Source: a virus
Length of the DNA: 64,000 bases
Virus record (IMG/VR): IMGVR_UViG_3300030060_004277
Span: 27,600 to 91,599 of that record
Direction: 5' to 3' (one strand)
Shown: in pieces, positions 9,001 to 15,471 of the stretch
Numbering within the stretch: the stretch's first letter is position 1
How the letters are laid out: each line of letters opens with the position of its first letter
The notes under the pieces: generated by a model
Seen by the model: the letters and a program-made list of their open reading frames with translations, nothing else
Database searches by the model: none
What the model was told of the DNA's origin: nothing
Made by a program: the position numbers and the translations under genes

Positions 9001-11938
9001 TGTGGGAGTCAGGGCTTCCAGTGCCTACTAGGTCCACATTCCTAGATGCAGCAGACTCAGAGAGACCAACACAATTAATCACGGTGTAGTTGCCCCTATC
9101 AGCGGCATCATTCTCCCTTACGCTTCTGACTCTGGCCCTGCTCAGCAGACACATTATCCTGAACAAGGAAGGATTGTTGGTTGAGGCGCTTCTGTCAATG
9201 TAATTGCTGAGTTGGTTTGTCCTTCTTCGGTCACTAGGTTGCACCACCAGCATCATGTTGGATACGCTACCATCGGGTATGGCCACGTTGTCTATGATAT
9301 CGAATACCTCGTGTGTGTTTGAGTATGACGGGGTTATGGCAGTGTCAAACTGACCGGCTGATGGAGAGCCCACCACAGTGTCCGGCTCGACCCTGCTGAA
9401 GTCACCCTTGTCAGTCAGGCTTACTCCCGCTGAGATTTTAGGGAAGGAGACCATGTTGAACACTGATTCATGCGAGCCATCCACACTAGTGGAATCCAAT
9501 ATGACAGATGGTGTGATGTTCTGTGAGGCGTCATCTGCCCTAGGTGTGTAGTTTGCTGGTGATAGCGTCTCATCTATGTCAGTGTCCGCTGAGTAACCCT
9601 CGCTGTTGTCACCAATCAGACCATGAGGTTGCAACATGTTGCTGGCGCTCTGTAAATCACCAGCGTTGAACTCTAGTATGCCACCAGCAGCGTAGAGCGT
9701 CTTACCTGATGATAGCGAGTCGACTATGGCATCGTAGATGAAGGACCCTGCTCCAGTGGACACATCGGATGCAGGCACTGTCTTTTCAACCATCAGCATG
9801 GGGTAGTATGGTCTCGCAGTGCCAGTACCAGAGCCAGTCCCCGTTGCATTGAATATGGTTCCAACATTGCTGTCACTAGCACCTATAGATGTGAAATCGG
9901 TATTGCCTGCACTGACTATGATGTATGTCGTGCCTGAGACGAATGACCCCCCAGTGACTGTTTTGTGCATGCTTGCGCCAGTTAGGTCTACGGCGTTGTA
10001 GTGTATCTCTACGTAAGGAGCGAACTTGACATTGGTTGACGTCAGTTGGGGAACGTGAAGCAGTGCGACTCTGCTCTTCTTGGAGGGTCTCAGATAGTGC
10101 TTTCTGATGTCGCTCTCATACTTATCACCTAACCTAGGCACTGGGCCCTTTAACGCAAATGGCCTGAAGTCGAAACTGGGACCGCCGATTGCTATCAGTT
10201 TCCTCTTGCCAGTAGGAGGACTGTTCGTATCCTGATAGGAGTTGACGGCATGTGTCACAGTTGCTGTGTTGGTAACTCTGTTCGCTGCTATGGGATTCAG
10301 GTCCCTATACACGTCCACCCTGCTGTTGATTGGTACCTGATGCTCTACGCCTTTCTGCATCTGGTCATAGACTATGTCTATCAAATCCGCTTGACCATCG
10401 CCCTTGAGATTCACTATCTCATCATTGGCATCAGGTAGCATTCTCAAATAGGAATGACCATCGACGTGGTTCTTCACATGCCTTCCGCTGTGACCTATCT
10501 GGAACTCCGTAGGCACATCAGCATACCAAGAGACCGCGAATGGATTGTCAGTGTCGGTGTCAGTGATTGACATCCTCGATGAGTAGACCAGCCCATGCAC
10601 AGCATAATCGCTCTCATCTATGACCATCTGCCCTGTTCTGTCTACCATCTGCGTAGAGAAGTGAGGTGGTTGAAATGGCTTGCCGGTCCCTGAGTCTACT
10701 AGTAGGTCTGCGCCGATTACAACAAAGTAGTCATCAGAGTCAGTGGTTCTGTTTTTGTTCAGGACGCCAATCAGCCCATCATTAGCCACACCCCTGTTAT
10801 GGTCCAAGTGAATGCTGGAGACGGTGAGAGTCGCTGTCCCGAACATCGTGTTTATCGAATGTAATCTCACTCTCTCTGGTGGTGAGCCATTGGGCTTCTT
10901 CGTCTTTCGGTCTATCGAATTGGGGTTGATGAGGAGGTTGTATGGTACGTGAGGAATGTACTTGTTGCCATCGCTATGATGCACTATGGTGTATTTTCCG
11001 GAACTGTACGGGGATGCTGTGAAGTCCACGTTGCCACCTGTGAAATTGCTGGTGGTCGCTGCTTTGCCAGTAAGAGCCGTCGCTAGGGCTTGAGCGTCAC
11101 TGGCGCTTATGCTCATGGTGCTTAGACCACTGCTGGTGTAGTCGTTGGTGATTGATGTGAATGATATCTCATTCTCTATTGGTGATATGGGTTCCTCGAA
11201 CCTATAGAGGAGCATTGTGGTATCGTCTTTCAAAGGGGATTTGCCATCTATCATCCCCTCTTTGAAAGCGGCTTTGATATGCACTGCCTCCATTACACCC
11301 CTGAACTGACCTCCCTTGCCTCCGATGTAGATGTTGGAATTGGATTGAGACATTCTCTTCGGTCTGTCCTTGAGGCTCTTCTCCGCCATGAGTTCTCCAT
11401 TGACATAGAGTTGTATCCCCTTCTGTCTCACTGCTGCTACTACGTGTAGAAGTTGCCTGTGGTTCTTGTTCAAATCAGTCGCATTGCCATACGTGCTCGT
11501 ATCGAATCTGTTGTAAGAGTCATGGATGCCCCCGAAGTTGGAGGCTGGGTATACTGTACCCTCAAATCTGTTGGAGGTTTTACTACCTGTGGTTATCTCA
11601 TGGTACTCGTCTTTGCTACCATTATTGAGGTAGATACCGAAGGTCGCCGGTCCGGGCGTGTCTATGTTTCCCACCGTGAGTTTGAACTGACCCTCCTTCT
11701 CTACGACAGTGCCACCACAGTCAGGCATCAACCAAGTCTCGATTACTATCTCGTTGGTGTACCTGCCTGAGGTGATTGACAAATCCGGATTTGGATTGCT
11801 GTCATCCAGTATCTCCCTCATGCTGGTATTGCCCTGAGCATCCCTGAAGCCAATGATGGGAGAGCCGTCGGGAACCAGTATGCTATCGCTCACACCATCG
11901 AAGAAGAATGCATGATTGGTGCGACTGATAACTGACAT
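1..11938 (-). CDS. Giant (>3979 aa, truncated at window edge) virion tail-tip/adhesin protein with N-terminal LamG/concanavalin-A-like domain
   Basis: ATG at 11938 gives MSVISRTNHAFFFDGVSDSILVP...IETWLMPDCGGTVVEK...LLHVVAAVRQKGIQLYVNGELMAE...IYIGGKGGQFRGVMEAVHI (LamG-like pattern). The same frame still reads sense at position 2 (...ELSHPEFMRKNPY). The track lists no closed ORF in this frame, consistent with no stop inside the window. It lies downstream of tape measure and distal tail genes. Confidence 0.85.
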   Translation of the reverse strand, partial: MSVISRTNHAFFFDGVSDSILVPDGSPIIGFRDAQGNTSMREILDDSNPNPDLSITSGRYTNEIVIETWLMPDCGGTVVEKEGQFKLTVGNIDTPGPATFGIYLNNGSKDEYHEITTGSKTSNRFEGTVYPASNFGGIHDSYNRFDTSTYGNATDLNKNHRQLLHVVAAVRQKGIQLYVNGELMAEKSLKDRPKRMSQSNSNIYIGGKGGQFRGVMEAVHIKAAFKEGMIDGKSPLKDDTTMLLYRFEEPISPIENEISFTSITNDYTSSGLSTMSISASDAQALATALTGKAATTSNFTGGNVDFTASPYSSGKYTIVHHSDGNKYIPHVPYNLLINPNSIDRKTKKPNGSPPERVRLHSINTMFGTATLTVSSIHLDHNRGVANDGLIGVLNKNRTTDSDDYFVVIGADLLVDSGTGKPFQPPHFSTQMVDRTGQMVIDESDYAVHGLVYSSRMSITDTDTDNPFAVSWYADVPTEFQIGHSGRHVKNHVDGHSYLRMLPDANDEIVNLKGDGQADLIDIVYDQMQKGVEHQVPINSRVDVYRDLNPIAANRVTNTATVTHAVNSYQDTNSPPTGKRKLIAIGGPSFDFRPFALKGPVPRLGDKYESDIRKHYLRPSKKSRVALLHVPQLTSTNVKFAPYVEIHYNAVDLTGASMHKTVTGGSFVSGTTYIIVSAGNTDFTSIGASDSNVGTIFNATGTGSGTGTARPYYPMLMVEKTVPASDVSTGAGSFIYDAIVDSLSSGKTLYAAGGILEFNAGDLQSASNMLQPHGLIGDNSEGYSADTDIDETLSPANYTPRADDASQNITPSVILDSTSVDGSHESVFNMVSFPKISAGVSLTDKGDFSRVEPDTVVGSPSAGQFDTAITPSYSNTHEVFDIIDNVAIPDGSVSNMMLVVQPSDRRRTNQLSNYIDRSASTNNPSLFRIMCLLSRARVRSVRENDAADRGNYTVINCVGLSESAASRNVDLVGTGSPDSHIVKEIEPNAPVVTVTLGGPGQGAMDTKPVYQKSMLAHESYSTRRAYAVEAVKLDMDFSTGTGTLLVEPLNNNSEDLASWGTYGFPRYGRIYLPDGSSAKYSSKSGTTFTFTLSTLGSGDFISASGSEYTSIGEILNATGLMVGDTSGAVEIYGNFTVFSEPDFGDESNIENGSTVNDRMHQALNDVSHDYQLGTQYASTRAIAEIPLFTNQFFKSTVGPDNGFKIHVDATHTAHTYNPSPVGRRFKSRPPTDREASSAYSFAIEKREFVKSTYITKIEGDVTNGLDLYLNDIDVFPAPTKTNAKYHGTSHRRYRKIFTATGEWAWYSSIDYTNGSIRIGEPGVISGLYAITDGFLDSLQTGASVFLGGPLLDSDIDVISSDEFTPSSDFEGRSEYHYDAASVKTQGGNVDYGLRQYVTAVEFKAGPESNPHAPKVEVKRATGKPLSELKTSLGNSEFALTLTLSPEDFARFPNLGYDDIANAPKEQGELIYEVQYNDGSTIHRYHYHGNLKTIGSVTTPDNSITLAYTTAVGTNPTSLVGKKITLSRKAARVIRETSAFGTGQTFYDGGVVYRELFNNMHIDTSLGITAYSSTARAYVEIDSSDLGKKTLHNLHGMNIKKDDEVYYYVDTTTDEIKKIGTVTRVDGSTIHLSGNAPDIPSNAKLAVAMGDYEDRDAILNAKWLNPYAPGGLRNGDTIWANMSYNNPHAVEGLFAKSRGVYDESQVWSEFTGGSGSLSDSPRDSTPIENFLIGNDCLETARNYVQHVNRTIEENYLALGLTASQAPTIAYTDPYLFTADHARVLLYDVAHDREFIAFQDIFMQVQTSPEATQLGWRKEVVDTGGTSRTSLYKLNAQYAGSAPSPWTTQIDVTNGYLSQNPYIRSTQQSKFIESAYAHDLANRQTSDLLESTVPTGTYKLPTDGRDNTSVRIYGKAHGHHVHTEYSLGGTVDGLRHGYSTVPRTNDSASLSEVADTLHFLTRIPLDSSDVFTSALVTHRKSTSSSGYNLRDPSTFFDTPDGTRVIPAFLCLRGIRAESLDLTSHEESRLQHLPEWKDMDFVRRLTIDMGEVKNREGVVNIRQAAEEVVRLINQHGALTARTNNGSAHDPSPFWHVDDKNKGTHMGYVRAHIGREVQDLKGDTGVSIVVHSTVPGATGRNFCVWLDNSTGQDTYEPEFLIGHGGRWRNFWALPEENEGENMHPAPMPLNKHGRPFAPITTLRQYITAEESGEDVHSVSDFEDDTVLRAVSDSISGKSHNTINVESLDVKGSSSTLTKGLRVGSRATGRVNFGGLVATGVPGWAPNAGTWGFGKVNERGFNNRYGKSTGSYGSYVPSADKLSDNIGSGQVFGFRFKDNTGDEFGVRYVYKQVSESFSNENTILPNTIDDEVCVFFDDRDTSQGGFTIGKHMFGSGDSTGRMAVDYGDSSLTNVDTAGGFVTGHRYRIVSTGSTDFTTVGAADSNVGTFFVATGAGSGTGTARAVPTVTEHAWKGGRWRGVPSPEATIAVGSSVGLDGGGLSLSGTTLTITHARPYSHMSSDIDILGYYGFPKENGVIHIHGRKLTVAPADDVHLGYVASYSRREGDKFYDVEGFTSTELATISGNGGEFISAGPNWTCLVTDELMAAVTAAAVNAGNIINSAEGLKFDCTDMYAADGRTFGEWGVSPTAITIRAYNPNKTLRPLNTSFSATLHPDQGIKAAHLEFGELEKTLRPTGSVGYAFGTSRAVSDADIDKSRNIDCGYIPYTLLQIRTAARGPNSNTATPVLVDSSNIPVSIKKWREGLKGISFTRSSGDHILPKIDNPQLLTDEAGGLRANVNNTAQDVTDFLIPYYQSHVVLKPANERARVYLSPDINTTAELRYNTTSATASTADAYDLEWVADTGSDDFDTHHTGGGGSPSASVDYLWSKWGDREHTRKFDGLRSVGSVFSEPVVMFKGGKRSRDHSVPLYFGGGFSGVTLDVNDGTQNDYSSFYTHPYANGPTGVSGIQNASEISTSFAMLDTNAMFAFFPGAALCNQHRGSITPPAFNKDNVLAPDLNKTSVLSNDIITAKPTPLVLRFPHPTARYEDHIDGTENKTTYVIFGPGQAFPFTREVNDSNGLAHSSVDAGNKFEPNPGLIVTATNNSTWASVPDSDTQSNLLFPNSIDNDKYTFGPMSKTRYNDTAGFHWRTMVNWETPAGYCMKGKFLQRPAHGRHYGQQFSDATPHHATDLLPIHPKMHTPVIAYGIAMAADTVWHMDGGFHPGGHWMDNQITFNPPHPSASSNNRINGTSWPRGDQIHPAAFRVSGTMLNKTLNYTGSSDSVTTAHAQMEYIVVDATRCQNGEEFATILGAAINTFPGAGALKALGGTHMPSMGNSLRQDRYGWVSVGTSSSGVQQSSAPTNFITVDTSNPNQVTAEQIPASGWLRAHVSNTVSWACYHSREINASGDIKFFLAPNRIEGKNEFEDIATWEDHVGGSADDFATVASNATIFVWSKAGTIRFNNENDSTRDHMTQAHFSGIADAIDRTRPIGAVGWHGERYSLLNSLKISVSTTKNASTTTTTGYAAGLGAYHPNLAFSPYGTAGTVMSTHGSVPVVAPMKHSPESIAPVDGLGTNVADALTKTRFYTNFPDSSGDGWSTGTSSPYFQDSDTTTNSVTHWSSPTNYRTTLPKELTHPQGLYTSAFLVVSYECETALKNKYDRDLIQCNGDWLHLKTTSSNKIRAAGTTQFDPRFHDQDRYIAPANAGPNVEALIVDGTAVPTGTVGANWTDTLTSDFFTNFSFTNATCDYNDDPTITHDADDKIIVGLRVIGTGIPEGATIASITSTTEFELSASTTGGSVTNGTLTFVDTTSASNDLLLKNATPGLNKTGDLLFDLDRSVGSALLESGDAQRNVSADKYTGTAYTASTGNSVAYPTEYWMGDVNAFQMYENSPAKNFSVENVVWKRMDGGNLSLPAINARGLGAVPWVTRVDTTGSSDTAFLTGEKLYGNVRFSFETTNSAMMPVLQAQELSHPEFMRKNPY
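4574..4710 (-). repeat. Copy 1 of ~46-aa fibre module (AGGFVTGHRYRIVSTGSTDFTTVGAADSNVGTFFVATGAGSGTGTA) inside giant ORF
   Basis: Manual translation; near-identical to copy at 9816-9955. Confidence 0.8.
9816..9955 (-). repeat. Copy 2 of fibre module (GGSFVSGTTYIIVSAGNTDFTSIGASDSNVGTIFNATGTGSGTGTA)
   Basis: Manual translation; shares TDFT-x-x-GA-x-DSNVGT-x-F-x-ATG-x-GSGTGTA with copy 1. Confidence 0.8.
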
Positions 11939-11955
11939 CCCATTTCTTCCTCACA

Positions 11956-13263
11956 TCATATCAGCATGTCTATCGGTGCGAATAGCATGTTGAAGTTGTA
12001 CACGGTCTCACCCGCATCGTATGCGATGTCCATCTTCTGGACAGCGCCCTGTATGCCAGTGAAGGCATTATGAGGGTCGAAGTCAACACTGGCTGGTAGA
12101 GTGTTGTTGACGGATGTCTTTTCAAGGCCGTGTTTGCCAAAACCAGTTGGCATGAAGAAGTTCCTCGCTGTGTACAACTCACCATCTGATGAAGTTATAG
12201 TGGAGTTGTAGGGTATCTGTATACCTATGATGTAGTCCTTCTTCTCTTCATCGAATGAGCCAACGAAACTGCTTAGACCAGCGCCCGCGAGACTAGCAGA
12301 AGCGGTGAATCCACCCACAGCAGCAGGAGCGCCTAGACCAGCAGTGGCGGCTGTACCACCTAATGATGCCACCATGCCCCCTATGCCACCAATGACAGCA
12401 CCGAACCCTGCTAGTTTCCTACCTGTGTCAGTGACGCTGTTGTTGAGTATGCCATACAGGTCCATGGCTTTGTCACCTGCTGATTTCTTGCCACCGGTCG
12501 TACCACCAGTGAAGGTACTGAACTCAGGTGCATTGAATGTAGCGGTGTTGTACACATTGGTCCCGCCTGTCACATTGAAGACCGGGGTCTGTGTGTTACC
12601 ATCGGAGCCAAATGAGACTTGTGTCACTCTGACCCCATAGGAGTCCCTGTTGTTCTCCTGATTTGACACGGTCTCGACCGCTGCCGTAAGTGTGGACGAG
12701 TGTTGTGCGTTGATGTAGGCAGCCACTGCTGTTGCTATCGTCTTGGCAAGTAGATTCTGAGCCGTGTCTACAGTGCTGTCAGAGGCGCTCTGCAAGTCCG
12801 AGGAGAGAAACACAAGCACGGTGGGTGTGCTACCAGCACCACCAGTCGCACTGTACGCAGCGACCTCACCACTGATGAGCGAACCGCTGGAGGTAAAACC
12901 GACTGTCTTGTCGTCACCTGCTGTATTGGTGAAGGTTATTGTCCTAGTGCTTGCAGACAGTAATGCATTCACATTGCTGTAACTAGCCCAAGGCACACCG
13001 ACGCTCGACCCTCCCTTTCTACCGAAGTTGATTAGGCAACTGGCCTTGTTGCTTGAAGAGCCCTCCCTGTCGTCAGTAATGACTCCTTGAATGTTGATGA
13101 GTGCTGTGTTCACGTTGAAATCAGCACCAACCCTGAAACTGCCTGTGAACGGCATGGGTGCGCCGCCTACCTTCCTCTCTGTCGTGAGGGTCATGTTGGT
13201 GGCGTCTAACTCAATGAGTTTGCCGTTCTCCTGCACTAGTCTAATTGGAACTCCTGCTGGCAT
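11956..13263 (-). CDS. Putative distal tail/hub protein with internal Gly/Ala-rich hydrophobic segment
   Basis: 435 aa directly after tape measure; beta-rich termini (...GAVQKMDIAYDAGETVYNFNMLF); function from position only. Confidence 0.5.
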   Translation of the reverse strand: MPAGVPIRLVQENGKLIELDATNMTLTTERKVGGAPMPFTGSFRVGADFNVNTALINIQGVITDDREGSSSNKASCLINFGRKGGSSVGVPWASYSNVNALLSASTRTITFTNTAGDDKTVGFTSSGSLISGEVAAYSATGGAGSTPTVLVFLSSDLQSASDSTVDTAQNLLAKTIATAVAAYINAQHSSTLTAAVETVSNQENNRDSYGVRVTQVSFGSDGNTQTPVFNVTGGTNVYNTATFNAPEFSTFTGGTTGGKKSAGDKAMDLYGILNNSVTDTGRKLAGFGAVIGGIGGMVASLGGTAATAGLGAPAAVGGFTASASLAGAGLSSFVGSFDEEKKDYIIGIQIPYNSTITSSDGELYTARNFFMPTGFGKHGLEKTSVNNTLPASVDFDPHNAFTGIQGAVQKMDIAYDAGETVYNFNMLFAPIDMLI

Positions 13264-13267
13264 CTAT

Positions 13268-14266
13268 TCACCTCGGTGCGTATCTCGCTCCCCCAACTGC
13301 ACGGGCAGTCTCCTCCTGAATCATTCTCCCTATCTCCGTTGCGAGGGCCCTCTTGTCCGACCTGTCCGTGATGCCACCTGCATTCACTGTGATGTTGAAT
13401 GTCTGCGATACTCCACCTGAGACCGTAGTCCCACCACCACCGCCTCCGCCCCCAGTGACTAAGTCACCGACTGCTCCGGCTGCCGAACCAACAGCGCTTC
13501 CTGCTGCTTTGAAACCAGCCTTGACGCCTCCGAATATCTTTCCACCGACCTTGGCAGATAAATCGACTACTTTCTTGAGACCATCTATGATACCATCTAG
13601 GACGTTACCGAGGAAGTCTATCACAGGACCGAGTGTTGCATCATAGATATTGGACATGCCTTTCATGACCGAGTCCCATGCACCTAGTAGACCATCTAAC
13701 GCTACTGAGCCTATATTGACAAAACCGTCCCATAACGGTGATACCACTCTGTCCCATGCTCCTTGAAGCAAGTTGACGAATCCACCCCATGCCTTTCCAA
13801 GAAGGGCCATTGCACTTGAGCCAAGACCCTCAATCTTATCCCAGAGCGGTAAGACGTAATCCTCCCATAATCCCTGCATCTTGATTACCATGCCACTCCA
13901 GTCTCCGGTCAGGAAACTGTAGACCATTGAGGCATAATCCTTGAGAAACGAGAATATCGGGATAATCACTCCGTTGAAGATGTCTGCCATTGTGTTGACA
14001 ACCGCCATGAAACCGCTTTTTATGAACTCGAACACAGGTAGAGCAATCTCCAATAGTTTCTCAAACAGAGGCTTGACATGCTCGTCGAAGACTTCCTTCA
14101 TCTTCATGAAGGCCTTCTGCGCGGCTGTTGCTGCCAATGAGAATGCGCCAGAAAGAAGCGAGCCTATGCCGGATGCTATACCACCAAGGCTGCTCATGCT
14201 CCCACCGATGGATTTGAGCAATCCCTGTACCATGCCCAGTGATGTACTCAGTGCTCCCAGTGCCAT
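13268..14266 (-). CDS. Short tape measure protein
   Basis: 332 aa; periodic W/F amphipathic repeats (LWEDYVLPLWDK, AWGGFV, AWDRVVSPLWDGFV, AWDSV); C-terminal FNITVNAGG...LATEIGRMI; follows tail chaperones. Confidence 0.75.
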   Translation of the reverse strand: MALGALSTSLGMVQGLLKSIGGSMSSLGGIASGIGSLLSGAFSLAATAAQKAFMKMKEVFDEHVKPLFEKLLEIALPVFEFIKSGFMAVVNTMADIFNGVIIPIFSFLKDYASMVYSFLTGDWSGMVIKMQGLWEDYVLPLWDKIEGLGSSAMALLGKAWGGFVNLLQGAWDRVVSPLWDGFVNIGSVALDGLLGAWDSVMKGMSNIYDATLGPVIDFLGNVLDGIIDGLKKVVDLSAKVGGKIFGGVKAGFKAAGSAVGSAAGAVGDLVTGGGGGGGGTTVSGGVSQTFNITVNAGGITDRSDKRALATEIGRMIQEETARAVGGARYAPR

Positions 14267-14558
14267 CAGAAGTCCTCCTGATGTAGGAAGTCGTAGTCGA
14301 AGGTGACAGTCTCATTGCTGGTGCTGTTTTCCATCTCTTGTCTCTTCTGCGCTTTCCTTTCCTCGTCCTCGATGGCGAGGGCCCAGATGAGTGATTGTTT
14401 GAATACGTCCTCCCCCATACTGTACACCTCGTTCAATGATACCCCGTAATGTTTTGCCACGATGTAGGCGAACAACTGATTCTGCAAGTCTATGTCTTCA
14501 GTGGATTTTATTGTCTTCCTCTGTAAGAATTGCTGAACCTTCAGTTGTTCGCCTTCGT
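14266..14558 (-). CDS. Frameshift extension (gpT-like part) of tail assembly chaperone
   Basis: -1 frame is open from the slippery site through YEGEQLKVQQFLQRKTIKSTEDIDLQNQLFAYIVAKHYG... to the stop at 14266. Confidence 0.75.
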
Positions 14559-14903
14559 AAAACCCCCTTGCATTGCCTCCGCCAGTTCATCTGGCTTAGG
14601 TAGCAACGCTGCTATCTGTTGGCCTGCAAAGGCGTTGATTTGCATTAGTTCGTTCGTGCTTAGTTCTGGATTAGTCTTTACGACCCATTCCGAGAAAGCG
14701 TGATTCCAATATCCTTCCAAATCCAATGAGACGTCATTTCCGTCCATTAGAAACATATTCTGTGCTGCTTTCTGTACGTCAAAGAACGTGATGTCTCGAA
14801 TCCAGATTTCCATGATTTGCTCAGGGTCATCCGGGTCGACCTTAATCTCGTGCTTCTGTTCATTCTTCTTCTTCAGTATTGCTTGTTTCTCCACTATCGG
14901 CAT
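14541..14903 (-). CDS. Tail assembly chaperone (gpG-like)
   Basis: 120-aa acidic protein between tail tube and tape measure, ending ...QGGFTKANN over a slippery heptamer. Confidence 0.75.
   Translation of the reverse strand: MPIVEKQAILKKKNEQKHEIKVDPDDPEQIMEIWIRDITFFDVQKAAQNMFLMDGNDVSLDLEGYWNHAFSEWVVKTNPELSTNELMQINAFAGQQIAALLPKPDELAEAMQGGFTKANN
14559..14565 (-). promoter_or_regulatory. Programmed -1 ribosomal frameshift heptamer G GGT TTT
   Basis: CAA GGG GGT TTT ACG on the minus strand; XXXYYYZ pattern in correct phase, joins the two chaperone ORFs. Confidence 0.8.
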
Positions 14904-15462
14904 TTTGTGTCACTTCCTCGGTTGCAGCCTCTTCTTCAGAGGGGGCATCCGACGAGTCATCAGCAGCCACTTCTTCAGCGGGGGCTTCAGCCTCGTCTTC
15001 GTCTGGTTCGACTGGGTCTTGTGTTAGGCCTTCGTCATCTCTCCTGAGACGCAGAACGACCTCTGCTTTGGTGCCTCGAACAGTTATTCCCCTGCTCTTG
15101 CACTCTTCTCTTAGTTCTGCTACTGTCATTGAGTCATAGTCAGTGTCAGCGAATGGATTGTCTTGTGGTGCTATGGTCTCTGTGACTTCCTCAGTCTCTT
15201 CGACCTCCTCGACCTCTTCGACCTCTTCGACCTCTTCGACTGCCTCTAAGGTCTCTTGTGCAGCCTCTACCCAAGGGGGCGTCTCCACTTTTGGGTGGAC
15301 TTCTATCGCTGATAGGACAGCCATGTCAATATCCTCCCTCGTTCTCAAAGTAACGTACGAGGGTCTCATCGGCATGTCGACTTTACTGAGAAGCCAAGAG
15401 ACGTAATCCACATGAGAAACTCGATTGTAGTGCTGCACTCTCTCTAAATCTTCTGGCCACAT
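14860..15462 (-). CDS. Acidic protein with SAP/HeH motif
   Basis: DYDSMTVAELREECKSRGITVRGTKAEVVLRL is a SAP-type motif; EEV tandem repeats at ~15190-15243. Confidence 0.7.
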   Translation of the reverse strand: MWPEDLERVQHYNRVSHVDYVSWLLSKVDMPMRPSYVTLRTREDIDMAVLSAIEVHPKVETPPWVEAAQETLEAVEEVEEVEEVEEVEETEEVTETIAPQDNPFADTDYDSMTVAELREECKSRGITVRGTKAEVVLRLRRDDEGLTQDPVEPDEDEAEAPAEEVAADDSSDAPSEEEAATEEVTQNADSGETSNTEEEE

Positions 15463-15471
15463 CTAATTCAC

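Noticed and set aside
18-11770. Dozens of short plus-strand and off-frame ORFs in the track
   Set aside because: They are shadows of the single giant minus-strand ORF, with Ser/Val/Pro-biased antisense composition and no RBS
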